DNA from: Chiloscyllium plagiosum
Lineage: Eukaryota
Direction: 5' to 3'
Length of the DNA stretch: 64,000 nt
NCBI RefSeq assembly: GCF_004010195.1
Contig: NC_057718.1
Coordinates: 96,788,138-96,852,137 of the forward strand
The position numbers were made by a program, and so were the translations under genes. Within the stretch, counting starts at the first letter, position 1. Every line of letters begins with the position of its first letter. Below, piece by piece: positions 63,773-64,000 of this stretch. A model generated the notes under the pieces. It saw only the letters and a list, made by a program, of their open reading frames with translations, did no database searches and had not been told where the DNA came from.

Positions 63773-64000
63773 TCTGCTGCATGCTTCCTCCTACAAATCA
63801 ACATTTCATTTTCTGAACAGCGTCTGTATCCACAAGCATTAAAAGAAAGCTTCTCGAAAATGCAGAGTCCGATTCAAACCCAAGTTTAAAAGATGTTAGT
63901 GTTTCCGCCTCTCTCTCTCTCTCTTCAAAAGGGCTGATTAGTAAGTTTAGGATCTTCAGCATCAAACCTACAGATGGCTTTCCCAACTTCTCGCAGAGCA

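Overview
Repeat-rich vertebrate genomic DNA. HE1/V-SINE-type SINEs, CR1 LINEs and Penelope-like elements point to a cartilaginous fish, probably a shark. Two minus-strand genes can be assembled from GT-AG exons with consistent phases. The first is HAO1 (glycolate/hydroxyacid oxidase 1), coding exons 1-5 at 26101->385; the remaining exons lie left of the window. The second is TMX4 (thioredoxin-related transmembrane protein 4), exons 3-8 at 61795->35015; exons 1-2 lie to the right. The order and orientation match the human TMX4-HAO1 locus. Introns and intergenic DNA are mostly retroelements (CR1, L2-like, L1, Tx1, RTE, Rex1/Babar, Penelope, SINEs), a Tigger-type MITE, mini/microsatellites and one N gap. 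Two observations stand out. (1) At least four sequence families of minimal hammerhead-ribozyme motifs sit in Penelope-derived, often palindromic short elements, several in the sense orientation of the two pre-mRNAs. (2) A TSD-flanked composite Tx1 retrocopy about 0.5 kb upstream of HAO1 has most adenosines of its 5' part replaced by G relative to a sister copy, consistent with ADAR hyper-edited RNA written back into the genome. Repeat boundaries are approximate and family names come from recognition, not database searches. Exon numbering follows the human genes as recalled.
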